Positions 1-10,115 of a DNA stretch of 64,000 nt are shown piece by piece. How positions within the stretch are numbered: position 1 is the stretch's first letter; the number at the start of each line of letters is the position of its first letter. The stretch is from assembly GCA_963785725.1 (NCBI GenBank), contig CAWAWS010000008.1, positions 56,264-120,263 on the forward strand, in the 5' to 3' direction. Source of the stretch: an uncultured delta proteobacterium. GTDB lineage: Bacteria > Myxococcota_A > Polyangia > Palsa-1104. Below the pieces are notes generated by a model, which saw nothing but the letters and a program-made list of their open reading frames with translations, was not told the DNA's origin and searched no databases. The translations under genes were made by a program, and so were the position numbers.

Positions 1-63
1 GTGTCCGACGTGAACCGCGCCGATCTGGAGGCGCTGGCGATCCGCGTGGCCGAGGGATCGTGA
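1..63 (+). CDS. 3' end of an unidentified CDS running in from the left edge
   Basis: Frame 1 reads VSDVNRADLEALAIRVAEGS-stop with GC3-rich codons. Confidence 0.3.
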   Translation: MSDVNRADLEALAIRVAEGS

Positions 64-658
64 GCGTGCAGCCGCGCCACGAGCGATAGGATTCGTCGGG
101 CTTCCGTCAGTCCGTAAACGTAACCAGGTCTCTCCCACTCGCAATCGCGGCGCGCAGGATCTCGAGCACGCCATGCTCAGTCATGGGCGCGCCTGCGCAT
201 CGGGCCGACTGCGCTCGTCGGGCAATTCGGGCCGCGTCAAACGATTGATGGAGGGAAAGTCGTCGGGCTTTGGAACGGCGATTGGCAATCTGTGATCGGC
301 ATTGGGCGAGGTGTGTCCGTCAAGTTCGCCTCGATCGCGACTGCTCTTAGCTGCGATCGAGATGCGACGAATTGTCGCATCGCCTCTTGTCGACTGGCTT
401 AGATTGTCTGCTTAGATCAGTCAGTCGCGTGCACAATGAACGAAGGTCGCTGTCGCTTAGCGATGTCGTTAGTCGTCTAAGGTTTATTGGTCACGCAGTG
501 CAGGCTCGTCGCTCGGCGGAACCAGGGAATTGTGAGCGCGCTCGCGATCTCGGTTAGTGCTGTCTCTCTAATGAGACACTGCAATTCGACTAAAGACTTC
601 TGTGCGATAGCGCAACTGCGCGTGGCTCGATTGTCGAGAACGAGAGTATCTTTACAAG

Positions 659-1798
659 GTGCGCGCTGGCCCAACGCCACTCTATAGCTTGATCCTTGCG
701 CTGACAGTCGCGTCGTTGCCGGCTCATGCGCAAGGAGAGAACGCCGACGTGGGCGCGGCCGCGCGCGCCTTCCAGCGCGGCCAGCACGCGCAGCTGCACT
801 CGCAGTTCGCGCGCGCGGCCTCGCTGTTCGAGCTCGCCGACGAGGCGGCGCCGTCGGCAGCGGCCTTGCGCAGCGCCATTCGCAACTGGGACGCCGCCGG
901 CAATCCGGCGCGCGCCGCGACGCTGGCGCAGCGCGCGCTCGAGCGCTACCCGCACGACATCGCGACGGTGCGGCTGGCGGCCGGTCTGCTGACGCGGCGC
1001 ACGCGCGCGCTCGGCTCGGTACGAGCGCACTGCGCGCCGGCGTGCGTGCTCGTCGTCGACGGACACTCGACGGCGCCGGCGCCGCTCGTCGATCACGATC
1101 TGTACGTCGCGCCGGGCGAGCACGCGCTCGTCGTCGAGTTCGAGGACGGTCGCAGCGCGCGCCAGCGGCTCAAGCTCGGCGCCGGCGAGCGTCGCGAGCT
1201 GTCGCTGGCGGCGCCGGTCGAGGTGGCGCGCCGCCACGCGCCGGCGCGCGCCGCGACCGCCGAGGACGGCGACGACGACGACATGCCGGCGATCGACGAC
1301 TCGGCCTGGGGCGCGCAGACGACGAGCGCGACGCCGCCGCCGCCGCGACCCGCGCCCGCGGCGGTCGAACGCGCGCCCGCGCCGGCGATCGCGCCGCCCG
1401 CCCTCGCCACCGTCGAGCTGACGCGCGGCCCCGAGCCGAAGCGCGATCGACGCGTGCCGCCGGTCGTGCCCGTCGTCGGTATCGGCCTCACGCTCGGCCT
1501 CGGCGCCGTGCTCGTCTGGTCCTACACCGACACGCTGTCGGCCAGCGCCCGCTACATCGCGCATCCGACCGCCGCCGGCTATCACGACGGGCTCGGCCGC
1601 GAATCGCGCACCTTCGGGCTGCTCGGCGGCGTCGCCGCGCTGGGCGTGACGACGCTGGCGGTCGCGCTCTTCGCCACCAACTGGCACGCGAGCTTCGCCG
1701 GCCGCGGCGGCCCCGACAAGCTGGCGCGCCGGATCTGGCCGACGGCGGGCGCGAGCGGCAGCGCCTGGTCGGTCGGTATCGGCGGCGTGCTCGAATAA
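659..1798 (+). CDS. Secreted/membrane TPR + PEGA-like protein (myxobacterial kinase-associated type)
   Basis: Signal peptide (LALTVASLPAHA), TPR-like helix (AARAFQRGQ...FELADE), PEGA-like beta segment (LVVDG...VAPGEHALVV), Pro-rich linker, two C-terminal TM segments. Confidence 0.7.
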   Translation: MRAGPTPLYSLILALTVASLPAHAQGENADVGAAARAFQRGQHAQLHSQFARAASLFELADEAAPSAAALRSAIRNWDAAGNPARAATLAQRALERYPHDIATVRLAAGLLTRRTRALGSVRAHCAPACVLVVDGHSTAPAPLVDHDLYVAPGEHALVVEFEDGRSARQRLKLGAGERRELSLAAPVEVARRHAPARAATAEDGDDDDMPAIDDSAWGAQTTSATPPPPRPAPAAVERAPAPAIAPPALATVELTRGPEPKRDRRVPPVVPVVGIGLTLGLGAVLVWSYTDTLSASARYIAHPTAAGYHDGLGRESRTFGLLGGVAALGVTTLAVALFATNWHASFAGRGGPDKLARRIWPTAGASGSAWSVGIGGVLE

Positions 1799-1800
1799 CC

Positions 1801-3342
1801 ATGAGCGGCGCGTTCTCCATCTCTCCCAGCTCCGAATGGACCGTCGGTCGACGTCTCGACCGCTACGAGCTCCTCGGCGAGATCGCGCGCGGCGGGATGG
1901 GCACGGTGCTGTTGGCGCGCCTGGCCGGCGCCGGCGGCTTCTCGCGCCTGTTCGCCATCAAGATGCTGCACGCGCACCTCGCCGACGACGAGCACTTCGT
2001 CCACATGCTGCTCGACGAAGCGCACTTGGCGTCGCGCATTCATCACTCGAACGTCGTGCCGGTCGTCGACATGTGTCGCAGCGAGCAGGGGCTCTACGTC
2101 GTCATGGAGTACGTCGACGGCTTCCCGTTCTCGCAGATCTTGGCCTCGGCGGCGCTGACCGATCGCGAGCGCATCGCCATCGGCGTGCAGGCGCTGCTCG
2201 GCGTGCTCGGCGGCTTGGAGGCGGCGCACAACCTCGTCGACGACGACGGCGCGCCGCTCGGTCTCGTCCATCGCGACGTCTCGCCGCAGAACGTGCTCGT
2301 CGGCATCGACGGCTTGGCGCGGTTGGCCGACTTCGGCATCGCCCGCGCCGCCGCTCGCTTGACGCACACCGAGCCGGGCACGCTCAAGGGCAAGCTCGCG
2401 TACATGGCGCCCGAGAGCGCGCGCGGCGAGCCGAGCGATCGTCGCGCCGACGTCTTCTGCGCCGGCATCATGCTGTGGGAGTGCCTGAACGGCGGCCGGC
2501 TGTTCAAAGCCGACAACGAAGCGGCGACGCTGCTGCGACTGCTGAGCGATCGCATCGCGCCGCCGCGACCGAACGCGACGGGCGCGGCCGCGGCGCTCGA
2601 CGCCGTGTGCCTGCAGGCGCTCGAGCGCGACATCGGCCGGCGTTACGCCTCGGCGCACCAGATGGCAACGGCGTTGGCCACGGCCGCCGAGCAGGCCGGC
2701 TGTCTCATCTCGCCCATCGCCGTCGGTGATTTGCTGTGCGCGCGCTTCGCCAGCGAGATCGAGCGGCGGCGCGCCAAGATCCGCGGCATGCGCACGTCGC
2801 CGTCGCAGCCGGGGATCGACCTCGGCGCCGCGCTGCCGGCGCTGGCGACCACCTACGACGGCGAGCCTTCGAGCGCGAGCGCGTTCAGCCTGCCGCTGCA
2901 GATCACGGTCGAGACGATGATCGGTCACCTGTCGGCGCCGCAGCCCAAGGTGCGCACGCGGTTGAGCGCGGCGACGCTCGCGATCGTGACGTCGCTGTTG
3001 GTGGCGGTGGTGGCGGGCGGCATTTGGCTCCGGCGCGTCGAGCTCGGTCATGACCGCGCCACGCCGCCGACGGCTGCGACTGCGGCGACGGTCGCGCCGG
3101 TTCGGCCGGCGGTCGCGCCGACGCGTCCGGCCGGCGCGCCCGGCGCTGCGGCGGTCGCGCCGACTGCCGCGTCCGACTGTGCCGCGGACGCGACGGCGCC
3201 GGCCGGCGTCTGCCCGCCCGCGGGCGAGCCGACGCGACCGGTCGCTCACGGCAGCCACGTCCATCACGGCAGCAGCAGCAGCTCGCGCCACGGTCACGGC
3301 AATCACGGCTCGCCGACGTTGGAAGCGAATCCGTACATGTAG
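1801..3342 (+). CDS. Hanks-type Ser/Thr protein kinase with TM helix
   Basis: ATG at 1801; motifs IARGGMGTV, AIK, HRDVSPQN, DFG, YMAPE; TM helix; C-terminal NPY motif. Confidence 0.95.
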   Translation: MSGAFSISPSSEWTVGRRLDRYELLGEIARGGMGTVLLARLAGAGGFSRLFAIKMLHAHLADDEHFVHMLLDEAHLASRIHHSNVVPVVDMCRSEQGLYVVMEYVDGFPFSQILASAALTDRERIAIGVQALLGVLGGLEAAHNLVDDDGAPLGLVHRDVSPQNVLVGIDGLARLADFGIARAAARLTHTEPGTLKGKLAYMAPESARGEPSDRRADVFCAGIMLWECLNGGRLFKADNEAATLLRLLSDRIAPPRPNATGAAAALDAVCLQALERDIGRRYASAHQMATALATAAEQAGCLISPIAVGDLLCARFASEIERRRAKIRGMRTSPSQPGIDLGAALPALATTYDGEPSSASAFSLPLQITVETMIGHLSAPQPKVRTRLSAATLAIVTSLLVAVVAGGIWLRRVELGHDRATPPTAATAATVAPVRPAVAPTRPAGAPGAAAVAPTAASDCAADATAPAGVCPPAGEPTRPVAHGSHVHHGSSSSSRHGHGNHGSPTLEANPYM

Positions 3343-3360
3343 CAACCCGAGGGCCCCACG

Positions 3361-4332
3361 ATGCATCGCGCCGTCCGCCTTTGTCGCCGTCTGTCTCGCC
3401 TCGTGGTCGTCGCTGCCGTCGTGGCGAGCGCGGGCTGTCACCTATTCGATCCGCGCCTGTTCGAGCAGCCCGGCGACGGCGGCCCGCCCGGCGTGGGCGG
3501 CAACGGCGGCGGCAGCGGCAATGGCGGCGGCACTAACGGCGGCGGCGGCGGCGGCGGCAGTAACGGCGGCGGCGGCGGCGGTGGCGCGCCGAACGACCTC
3601 GGCGCCGGCGGCGGCGGCACGTCGGGCTCGTTGTGCGGCCGCTCCAGCCCGGTCAGCACCTGCCCCGGCAGCTTCCTCTTTTGCGACGGCTTCGAGAACG
3701 AGAGCGGCCAGACGTTCTCGCAGTGGAGCACCTTCTTCGCCGACGACTTCAAGGGCGGCGCCGCCAACCTCGGCACCACCATCGCCGTCGACAGCACCGA
3801 AGCCTGCCTCGGCGTCAACGCCTTGCACGCGAGCACCGGCGGGCAGAATCAGGAAGCGGTCGTCGTGCGCGACTTCACCGGCTGGCCCAACCCCGTCCAC
3901 ATTCGCTTCTTCCTCTTCATCAAGCAGCTCGGCTCGAAGTCGGGCCTGGTCGAGTTCCGCAACGGCAACGGCGATTTCTCGTCGCTCTTCGTCGCGCCAC
4001 CGAGCGGCAGCGGCACGACGTCACACTTCGGCTTCGAGTCCATCTTCACGTCGAATCTGTCGACCATCGGCTCCGACCTCACGCTGGCGCACAATCAATG
4101 GCTGTGCGTCGAGCTGACGATGACGCTCGACGCCAACAACGGCGCGGTGCACGTCGACCTCGACGGCAATGCGCTCGGCGACTTGAGCGGCCTCGAGACG
4201 CAGTCGAAGTCGGACGCCATGGACCGCATCGCCGTCGGGCCCATCACCGAGGACGACGCCGGCATCTTGGCGGTCAACGAAATCTACTTCGACGAAGTCG
4301 CGGTCTCGCCCAGCGCCATCGGCTGCATGTAG
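3361..4332 (+). CDS. Gly-rich lipoprotein with a lectin/Cip1-like beta-sandwich domain
   Basis: Lipobox (ASAGC), poly-Gly linker, FCDGFE and WLCVE motifs, IYFDEVAV near C-terminus. Confidence 0.65.
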   Translation: MHRAVRLCRRLSRLVVVAAVVASAGCHLFDPRLFEQPGDGGPPGVGGNGGGSGNGGGTNGGGGGGGSNGGGGGGGAPNDLGAGGGGTSGSLCGRSSPVSTCPGSFLFCDGFENESGQTFSQWSTFFADDFKGGAANLGTTIAVDSTEACLGVNALHASTGGQNQEAVVVRDFTGWPNPVHIRFFLFIKQLGSKSGLVEFRNGNGDFSSLFVAPPSGSGTTSHFGFESIFTSNLSTIGSDLTLAHNQWLCVELTMTLDANNGAVHVDLDGNALGDLSGLETQSKSDAMDRIAVGPITEDDAGILAVNEIYFDEVAVSPSAIGCM

Positions 4333-4426
4333 CCGCCCCGTCCACGGCGTGCAATGACGACGTCGCGTGATGCGCCTCATTGGAGCGTTCGAGTCGCCGT
4401 TCTAGGCTGCGACGAGGAGTGTGCCC

Positions 4427-5287
4427 ATGTCGCGGATCCTATCGCTCGCCTATTGCGTCCTGTTCGTCGTCGGCTGTGGTCAGGCGGAGCCGAGCAGCAA
4501 CGACGCCTCGCGCTTCGTCACGACGGTGACGTGGGACGCCAACTGTCAGCCGGTCATCGCCACGCAGGCCGTGCATCCCGATTCCATCGGCGTCGATCCG
4601 CACTGCGGGGGCAACGATCTGCTGCTCTCCGATAAGCCGCTCATCACCGGCAGCGGTGGCGGCGGCGGCACGGGCGGCGGCGGCGTCTCCGCCATCATCG
4701 ATCCCACGAGCAACGCGCTCTGTCTGGCCAATCCCTTCGACACCGAATCGGTCAGTCTGAAGACGTTTCCTTATGCAGGCGGCGCCGGGCAGACGTGGGC
4801 GCATCACGTGGTCGCGTACATCGCGTCCAGCCAAAGTGGAGGGCTTTACAACGACGGCCAGGACGCGGGCATCGCGGCCTTCGATTATCATTTCGCGGTC
4901 AATCAGTATGCGACTGTTCCGGCCGCGGTTCAGAACGCCAATGGCGTCGAGTTCGACGCGCCCGGCGGCGCCACCGAATGCTCGAGCGGGCAATATCAGT
5001 GCGTCGGCGCTGTTCTGCAGCATTGCGACGGCTCGGCGCAGTGGCAGAACAGCGTCAATTGCGCGGCCTCGGGCTTGGCGTGCGACGCGGCCACCGGCAG
5101 CTGCACGTGCGCGCCGCCGGTCTGCGGGTCGAGCTGCGGCACGCTCACCAGCGCCTGCGGCGCCAGCGTCGACTGCGGCGGCTGCCAAGGCTATGCGCAG
5201 CGCTGCGTCGCCAACGAGTGCCGGACGACGTGCCATTGCGCCAAGGGCTTCGTCTGCGATCCCGACGGCGCCTGCATTCACCTCTGA
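4427..5287 (+). CDS. Cys-rich lipoprotein
   Basis: GAGGAG RBS, lipobox VVGC, many paired Cys in C-terminal third. Confidence 0.75.
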   Translation: MSRILSLAYCVLFVVGCGQAEPSSNDASRFVTTVTWDANCQPVIATQAVHPDSIGVDPHCGGNDLLLSDKPLITGSGGGGGTGGGGVSAIIDPTSNALCLANPFDTESVSLKTFPYAGGAGQTWAHHVVAYIASSQSGGLYNDGQDAGIAAFDYHFAVNQYATVPAAVQNANGVEFDAPGGATECSSGQYQCVGAVLQHCDGSAQWQNSVNCAASGLACDAATGSCTCAPPVCGSSCGTLTSACGASVDCGGCQGYAQRCVANECRTTCHCAKGFVCDPDGACIHL

Positions 5288-5499
5288 CGCGTCGACTGAC
5301 GCTCTCCCATCCGCGCTCGACGCCCGCGCGCTTGGCGTCCCGTGACCTGTTCTAGCTAGGCCGATCGGTTGCGGGCGCGGCTGGCCGACGGCCGCTGGTC
5401 GCCGTCGCTCCCGCTCGACGTTCGCTAGCCGAAGCCGCCGCCGCTGATTTGCCGAGACGCTTGACCGCGTCGGCGAGCTCATGTGGGATCATCATGTAG

Positions 5500-7110
5500 G
5501 TGGCATGCATCGGCGAAAACACCATCGTCGCCTGGGTCGACGGTAGCCTCGCGGCGACGGAGCGTGCGGGCGTGGAAGCGCACGTCGCCGGCTGTCCGCA
5601 TTGCCGCGCCGTCTTGTCCGAGGTCGGCCGCTCGTCGCTCGTCGACGGCGCGCTGGCCCTGGCCGCGCCTGAAGGCGGCGCCGTCGCCGACGGCACCGTG
5701 CTCGCCGAGCGCTATCGCATCACCCGCTTCATCGCGCGCGGCGGCATGGGCGAGGTCTACGAAGCCGAAGACTTGGAGCTGCACGCGCCGGTCGCGCTCA
5801 AGATGATGCGCGCGGAGATGGCCGCCGATCCGCGCGCCATCGAGCGCTTCAAGCGCGAGACCCACCTGGCGCGGCGCGTGACGCATCCCAACGTCTGTCG
5901 CATCTTCGACGTCGGCTTCGTGCCGTCCGCGGGATTGCGCGTGCCGTTCCTGACGATGGAGCTGCTCGCCGGCGAGACGCTGAGCGAGTGGCTGTCACGC
6001 ATCGTGCGGCTGACGGCGGAAGAGGCGCTGCCGCTGGCCGGCCAGCTGGCCGCCGGGCTGCAAGCGGCGCACGACGCCGGCATCGTCCATCGCGACTTCA
6101 AGAGCGCCAACATCGTGCTCGTGCCGACGCGCGACGAAGGCGGGCTGCGTGCCGTCGTCACCGACTTCGGCGTCGCCCGCGCCAGCGACGGGCTCGACTT
6201 CGCGGCGACGCACTCGAGCACGCGCGGCATCGTCGGCTCGCCCGGCTACATGGCGCCCGAGCAGCTGCAAGGCGGCGAGGCCACGGCGGCGGCCGACGTC
6301 TACGCGTACGGCGTCGTGCTCTACGAAATGGTGACCGGCCACTTGCCATTCGAGGAGAAGACGGCGCTGTTGACGGCGCTGCGACGCCTCGAGCATCCGC
6401 CGACCTCGCCGCGCGTGCACGTGCCGGAGCTGGACGCGGTTTGGGAGCGCGTGCTGCTGAAGTGTCTCGCGCGCGAGACAGAGCTGCGCTTCGCCTCCGT
6501 GGCGGCGGCGTATCAGGCGCTCGGCGGCGATGGCGCGACGCGCTTTACGATGCCGGCGGCGGGGCGTTGGCCGCGACCGGAGGTGCGCGACCGCCCGCCG
6601 TCGCCGTCGCCCTGGGCCGCGACGGTGCCGGCGCGAGGCGCGCGGCGTCGTCGTAAACCGGTGCTGCTCCTCGGTTTCGCGCTGGCCGCGCTGTCGTCGC
6701 TGGCGGTCGGCGCCGCGGTCTGGCAGCGACAGACGCACCCGCCGCCGCCGCCGACGACGCCGACGCTGCCGCGCTCGTCGCCGAATACGCCGTCGCCGGC
6801 GAAGACGCCGTCGCTCGCGAATGGGCCGGCGTTGTCGAATACGCCGGCGCAGCAGGCGATCGCGGCCGTGCCCAGCCCGCTCTCGGCGATGCCCGCGCTC
6901 ATCCGCAGCGATCCGCCGGGCGCGCGCGTGTCAGTCGACGGCCAGGCGGTCGGCGTGACGCCGTTGACGCTCTCGACCGCGCCGCCGTTTGCGCTGCAGC
7001 TGACGCTGCCCGGCTATCGTCCCGTGCGGCGTCGCGTGACCGCGGCCGGCACGATTAACGTCCGTATGATTACGCTAGCCACGCCCGCGAGCCGACTTCT
7101 CGACGAGTAG
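5500..7110 (+). CDS. Ser/Thr protein kinase with N-terminal zf-HC2 (anti-sigma-type zinc finger), TM helix and C-terminal PEGA
   Basis: HVAGCPHC zinc finger; IARGGMGEVY, HRDFKSAN, DFG, YMAPE; IRSDPPGARVSVDG PEGA motif. Confidence 0.95.
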   Translation: MACIGENTIVAWVDGSLAATERAGVEAHVAGCPHCRAVLSEVGRSSLVDGALALAAPEGGAVADGTVLAERYRITRFIARGGMGEVYEAEDLELHAPVALKMMRAEMAADPRAIERFKRETHLARRVTHPNVCRIFDVGFVPSAGLRVPFLTMELLAGETLSEWLSRIVRLTAEEALPLAGQLAAGLQAAHDAGIVHRDFKSANIVLVPTRDEGGLRAVVTDFGVARASDGLDFAATHSSTRGIVGSPGYMAPEQLQGGEATAAADVYAYGVVLYEMVTGHLPFEEKTALLTALRRLEHPPTSPRVHVPELDAVWERVLLKCLARETELRFASVAAAYQALGGDGATRFTMPAAGRWPRPEVRDRPPSPSPWAATVPARGARRRRKPVLLLGFALAALSSLAVGAAVWQRQTHPPPPPTTPTLPRSSPNTPSPAKTPSLANGPALSNTPAQQAIAAVPSPLSAMPALIRSDPPGARVSVDGQAVGVTPLTLSTAPPFALQLTLPGYRPVRRRVTAAGTINVRMITLATPASRLLDE

Positions 7111-7161
7111 TTGTTGACAGGCGCGGCGCGTTCGGCGCCAATTGCGCAGAAGTTGCTGGGC

Positions 7162-8186
7162 ATGGAAACCGTTCGTCCTCTTTTTCTTCGCGGTCGCGCT
7201 GTGCGTGTCACTGGCCGGCGCCTCTATCGCTCACGCGGCTCCGGCTGCGTCCGACGTCGAGGCCGAGGCCGAGATGCTCAAGGCCAAGCAGGCGATGGAG
7301 CGCGCGCAGTACGACGTCGCCGTCGGGCACTTGCTCGTCGCGCGCTCGCTCGTGCCGAACGCGTCGGGGCCGTACTTGAACTTCGGGCGTCGCCTACGAG
7401 CGGCTCGGTCGCTGCGCCGAGGCGGTGCCGCTGCTCGAGGAGTATCTGCGCCGCAAGCCGCAGTCGCCGAGCCCGATCGCGGCGCGCAGCTTGGCCGCCT
7501 GTCGCGCGCAAGCGACCGCTGCCGCGCCGCCGGCGCCCGCTTCACCGGCAGCGACGACGCCATCGGCGCCGGCAGCGACGACGCCGTCCGCGCCGGCAGC
7601 GACGACGCCGTCATCGCCGGCTGTCGACGACGGGCCGGACGCGCCGCGCGTGAGCACGCCGGCCGATGGTCAGCCGGCGCAGCTGCCTTACGCGCAAGTG
7701 GGCGGCGTCGGGCCGGCTGCGGCTGCCGAGCCGTCGCTCGCGGTGCCGTCCACGTTCACCGCGACGCCGTTCGACGCGCCCGCCGTCGCCGGGCCGCGGC
7801 CGGCGCGCCTGACCGTCAGCGTCGGGCCGGTCGGCGCCAACCTGCGGCTCAACGGTCATCCCGCCGGCGCCGACCTCACGCATCTCGAGCGCGACATTCC
7901 GCCCGGCAGCTACGAGCTCTACGCCGAGCGCCCGGGCTATCAGCCGGTCTCGCGCAGCGGCTGGCTCGTGCCCGGCGAAGTCCACATCGACCTGTTGACG
8001 ATGCGGAAGAAGCGCGTGTGGCCCATCGTCGTCGGCGTCCTCAGCGCCGCGCTCGTCGCCGGCGGGCTCGTCGCCATCATCGTCACGCAGGTGGGCTCGT
8101 CGTCGGGCCATAAGTCGACCACCGGCACCGGCACCATGGGCAGCGGCGCCACCGAGACCGGCTTTCCGACGGTGTCCACGCCATGA
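7162..8186 (+). CDS. TPR + PEGA domain protein, frameshifted (probable sequencing errors)
   Basis: Signal peptide and TPR in ORF 7142 frame, continuing after a frame change near 7385-7400 as ...AVPLLEEYL, PEGA (PPGSYELYAERPGY) and TM helix; start approximate. Confidence 0.7.
7545..7621 (+). repeat. 3 x 24-bp tandem repeat encoding PAATTPS(A/S)
   Basis: CCGGCAGCGACGACGCC core repeated at 24-bp spacing. Confidence 0.85.
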
Positions 8187-8812
8187 GGTCGCTCCTCGTC
8201 ATCGGCGTGCTCTGGCTGCTGCCCGGCTGCGACGCCTTCGACATTCCCAACATCACGACGCGCAGCCCGACATGGCCGGCCTCGACGAGTGCACGATCGC
8301 GCCCGCCGGCCGCTCGTGCGTGACGCTGCACATCGCATGGCGACGTCGACGCCATCGACAACGTGCAGATCGACGCCATCTTCGAGCTCGGCACCGACTA
8401 TCTCGATCGCCGCGTCGTCTCGACGTATCCCGGCGCCGCCGTCGAACCGCCCATCGCCGTCGGCGTCATCCTGCGACGAGGACGCCGGACCCGACGTCGC
8501 AATCAAGGTGCTGGCGCGCGCCGGCACGACGCCCATCGGCCTCGGCGGCGGCGACGCGCTCGACCTGCGTCCCGGCGACCACCAGGCGCTCGACATCACG
8601 CTGACGCCAGCCGCCAAGACGCTCTGCTTCGACGGCATCATGGATCAAGACGAGACCGACGTCGACTGCGGCTGGGACACCGAATGCCCCGCCTGCGTGC
8701 TCGGCCAGATCTGCATCTCCGATCGCGACTGCGCCAACTCCAGCTGCGTCTACGTCGACGACGGCAACTACAAGAGCCGCTGTCAGTCGCCGGCCCGACG
8801 CCGACGGATTAG
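8183..8812 (+). CDS. Cys-rich lipoprotein (ETDVDCG motif), several frameshifts
   Basis: ATGA overlap with upstream gene; MRSLLVIGVLWLLPGC lipobox; pieces in three frames; CFDGIMDQDETDVDCG motif. Confidence 0.6.
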
Positions 8813-8820
8813 GATTCGTC

Positions 8821-9714
8821 GTGGCGTTGGCGGAGCGGTTTGTGGCCCACCTCGATCGGGACCGGCGCGCGCAGCTGACCGACGAGTCGGCCGTCGCGAT
8901 GCTGGAGACGCGGCTCGACGAGGTGGTGCGGGCGGCGCGCGCGGCGTGGCCCGGCGTCGCCGTCGCCGACGACGAATTCCTGGCATGGCTGGCGGCGCGC
9001 TTGCCCGCCGGTGACGACGTGCTGGCGGCGCTGGCGACGCTGCGCGCGAGCGACTTGTACTTGGCCTGTGCGTGCGCGCGCGGCGACACCGCCGCCTTGC
9101 GCGCCATCGAAGCGGGCCCGATGACCGACGTGGCGGCGGCCGTCGCGCGCTCCAGCTTGCGCGGCGTCGCCGTCGACGACGTCATGCAGACCATCCGCCG
9201 CGTCCTCTTCGTCGCCGGCGACGACGCGCCGCCGCGCATCGCCGAATATCGCGGCGCCGGCGACCTGCGCGCCTGGCTGCGCGTCACCGCCGTGCGCGCC
9301 GCGCTCAAGCTCTTGCGCAAAGAGCGCCACGAGGTCCCCGTCGACGACGAGATGCTGTCGTCGCTGCCCGCCGCCGCCGACGCCGAGCTGGAGTTCGTCA
9401 AACGGCAATATCGCGCCGGCTTCAAGCGCGCCTTTCTCGAGTCGCTGGCGTCTTTGCCGCCGCGCGAGCAGAACCTTTTGCGCCAACACTTCCTCGACGA
9501 TCTGTCGATCGATCAGCTGGGCGCGCTGCACCGCGTGCATCGCTCGACGGCGGCGCGCTGGATCGCCAAAGCGCAGGCGACGCTGTTCGAGCGCACCAAG
9601 CGCGTGCTCATGAAGCAAATGAAGGTCAGCCGCTCGGAGTGCGAGAGCATCATTCGCCTCGCGCAAAGCCAGCTGCACGTGACGCTTCGCACCCTCGTCG
9701 CGTCGATCGCTTAG
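8821..9714 (+). CDS. ECF-type sigma-70 factor, Myxococcales family
   Basis: ARAAWPGV, DLYLACACARGD, YRGAGDLRAWLRV region 2, and region 4 HTH LSIDQLGALHRVHRSTAARW. Confidence 0.85.
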   Translation: MALAERFVAHLDRDRRAQLTDESAVAMLETRLDEVVRAARAAWPGVAVADDEFLAWLAARLPAGDDVLAALATLRASDLYLACACARGDTAALRAIEAGPMTDVAAAVARSSLRGVAVDDVMQTIRRVLFVAGDDAPPRIAEYRGAGDLRAWLRVTAVRAALKLLRKERHEVPVDDEMLSSLPAAADAELEFVKRQYRAGFKRAFLESLASLPPREQNLLRQHFLDDLSIDQLGALHRVHRSTAARWIAKAQATLFERTKRVLMKQMKVSRSECESIIRLAQSQLHVTLRTLVASIA

Positions 9715-9821
9715 CGGTTTCATAGCGAGCTTTCGGCCGCATTTTTCCTGCGACATTCGAAATCTGCCTGGCTCTTGTCCGGTGATCCCAGACGGATCGC
9801 GATATCAACCAGGAGATTTTG

Positions 9822-10115
9822 ATGAACAAGCTCGTGCTCTCGTTTCTTAGCTTGCTGGTCGTGGCGGGTTGCGGTGGTGGTGGTAGCTCGTCGACGGACA
9901 ACGTGGCCGCCTGCAAGGCGTTCTTGACCAAGGTCAAGTGCGGCACCGTCGACATCTCGTCGCAGGTCGATTGCGACGCTTACGCCAACACGGCGTGTGA
10001 CATCTCGGACTACTTCGACTGCCTCTCGACCAAGTATGTCTGCGTCGACGGCAGCTACGACGAGACCAAGCTCGCGACGCTCAGCGACTGCGCCAGCAAG
10101 GCCACGTGCCAGTGA
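9822..10115 (+). CDS. Small Cys-rich lipoprotein
   Basis: AGGAG RBS, lipobox VAGC, eight further Cys. Confidence 0.8.
   Translation: MNKLVLSFLSLLVVAGCGGGGSSSTDNVAACKAFLTKVKCGTVDISSQVDCDAYANTACDISDYFDCLSTKYVCVDGSYDETKLATLSDCASKATCQ

Noticed and set aside
1042..1800. N-terminal extension of the first kinase in the ORF track
   Set aside because: Overlaps the 659-1798 gene; the plausible start is ATG 1801
3500..3620. GGC microsatellite as a contingency locus
   Set aside because: In-frame poly-Gly linker typical of these lipoproteins
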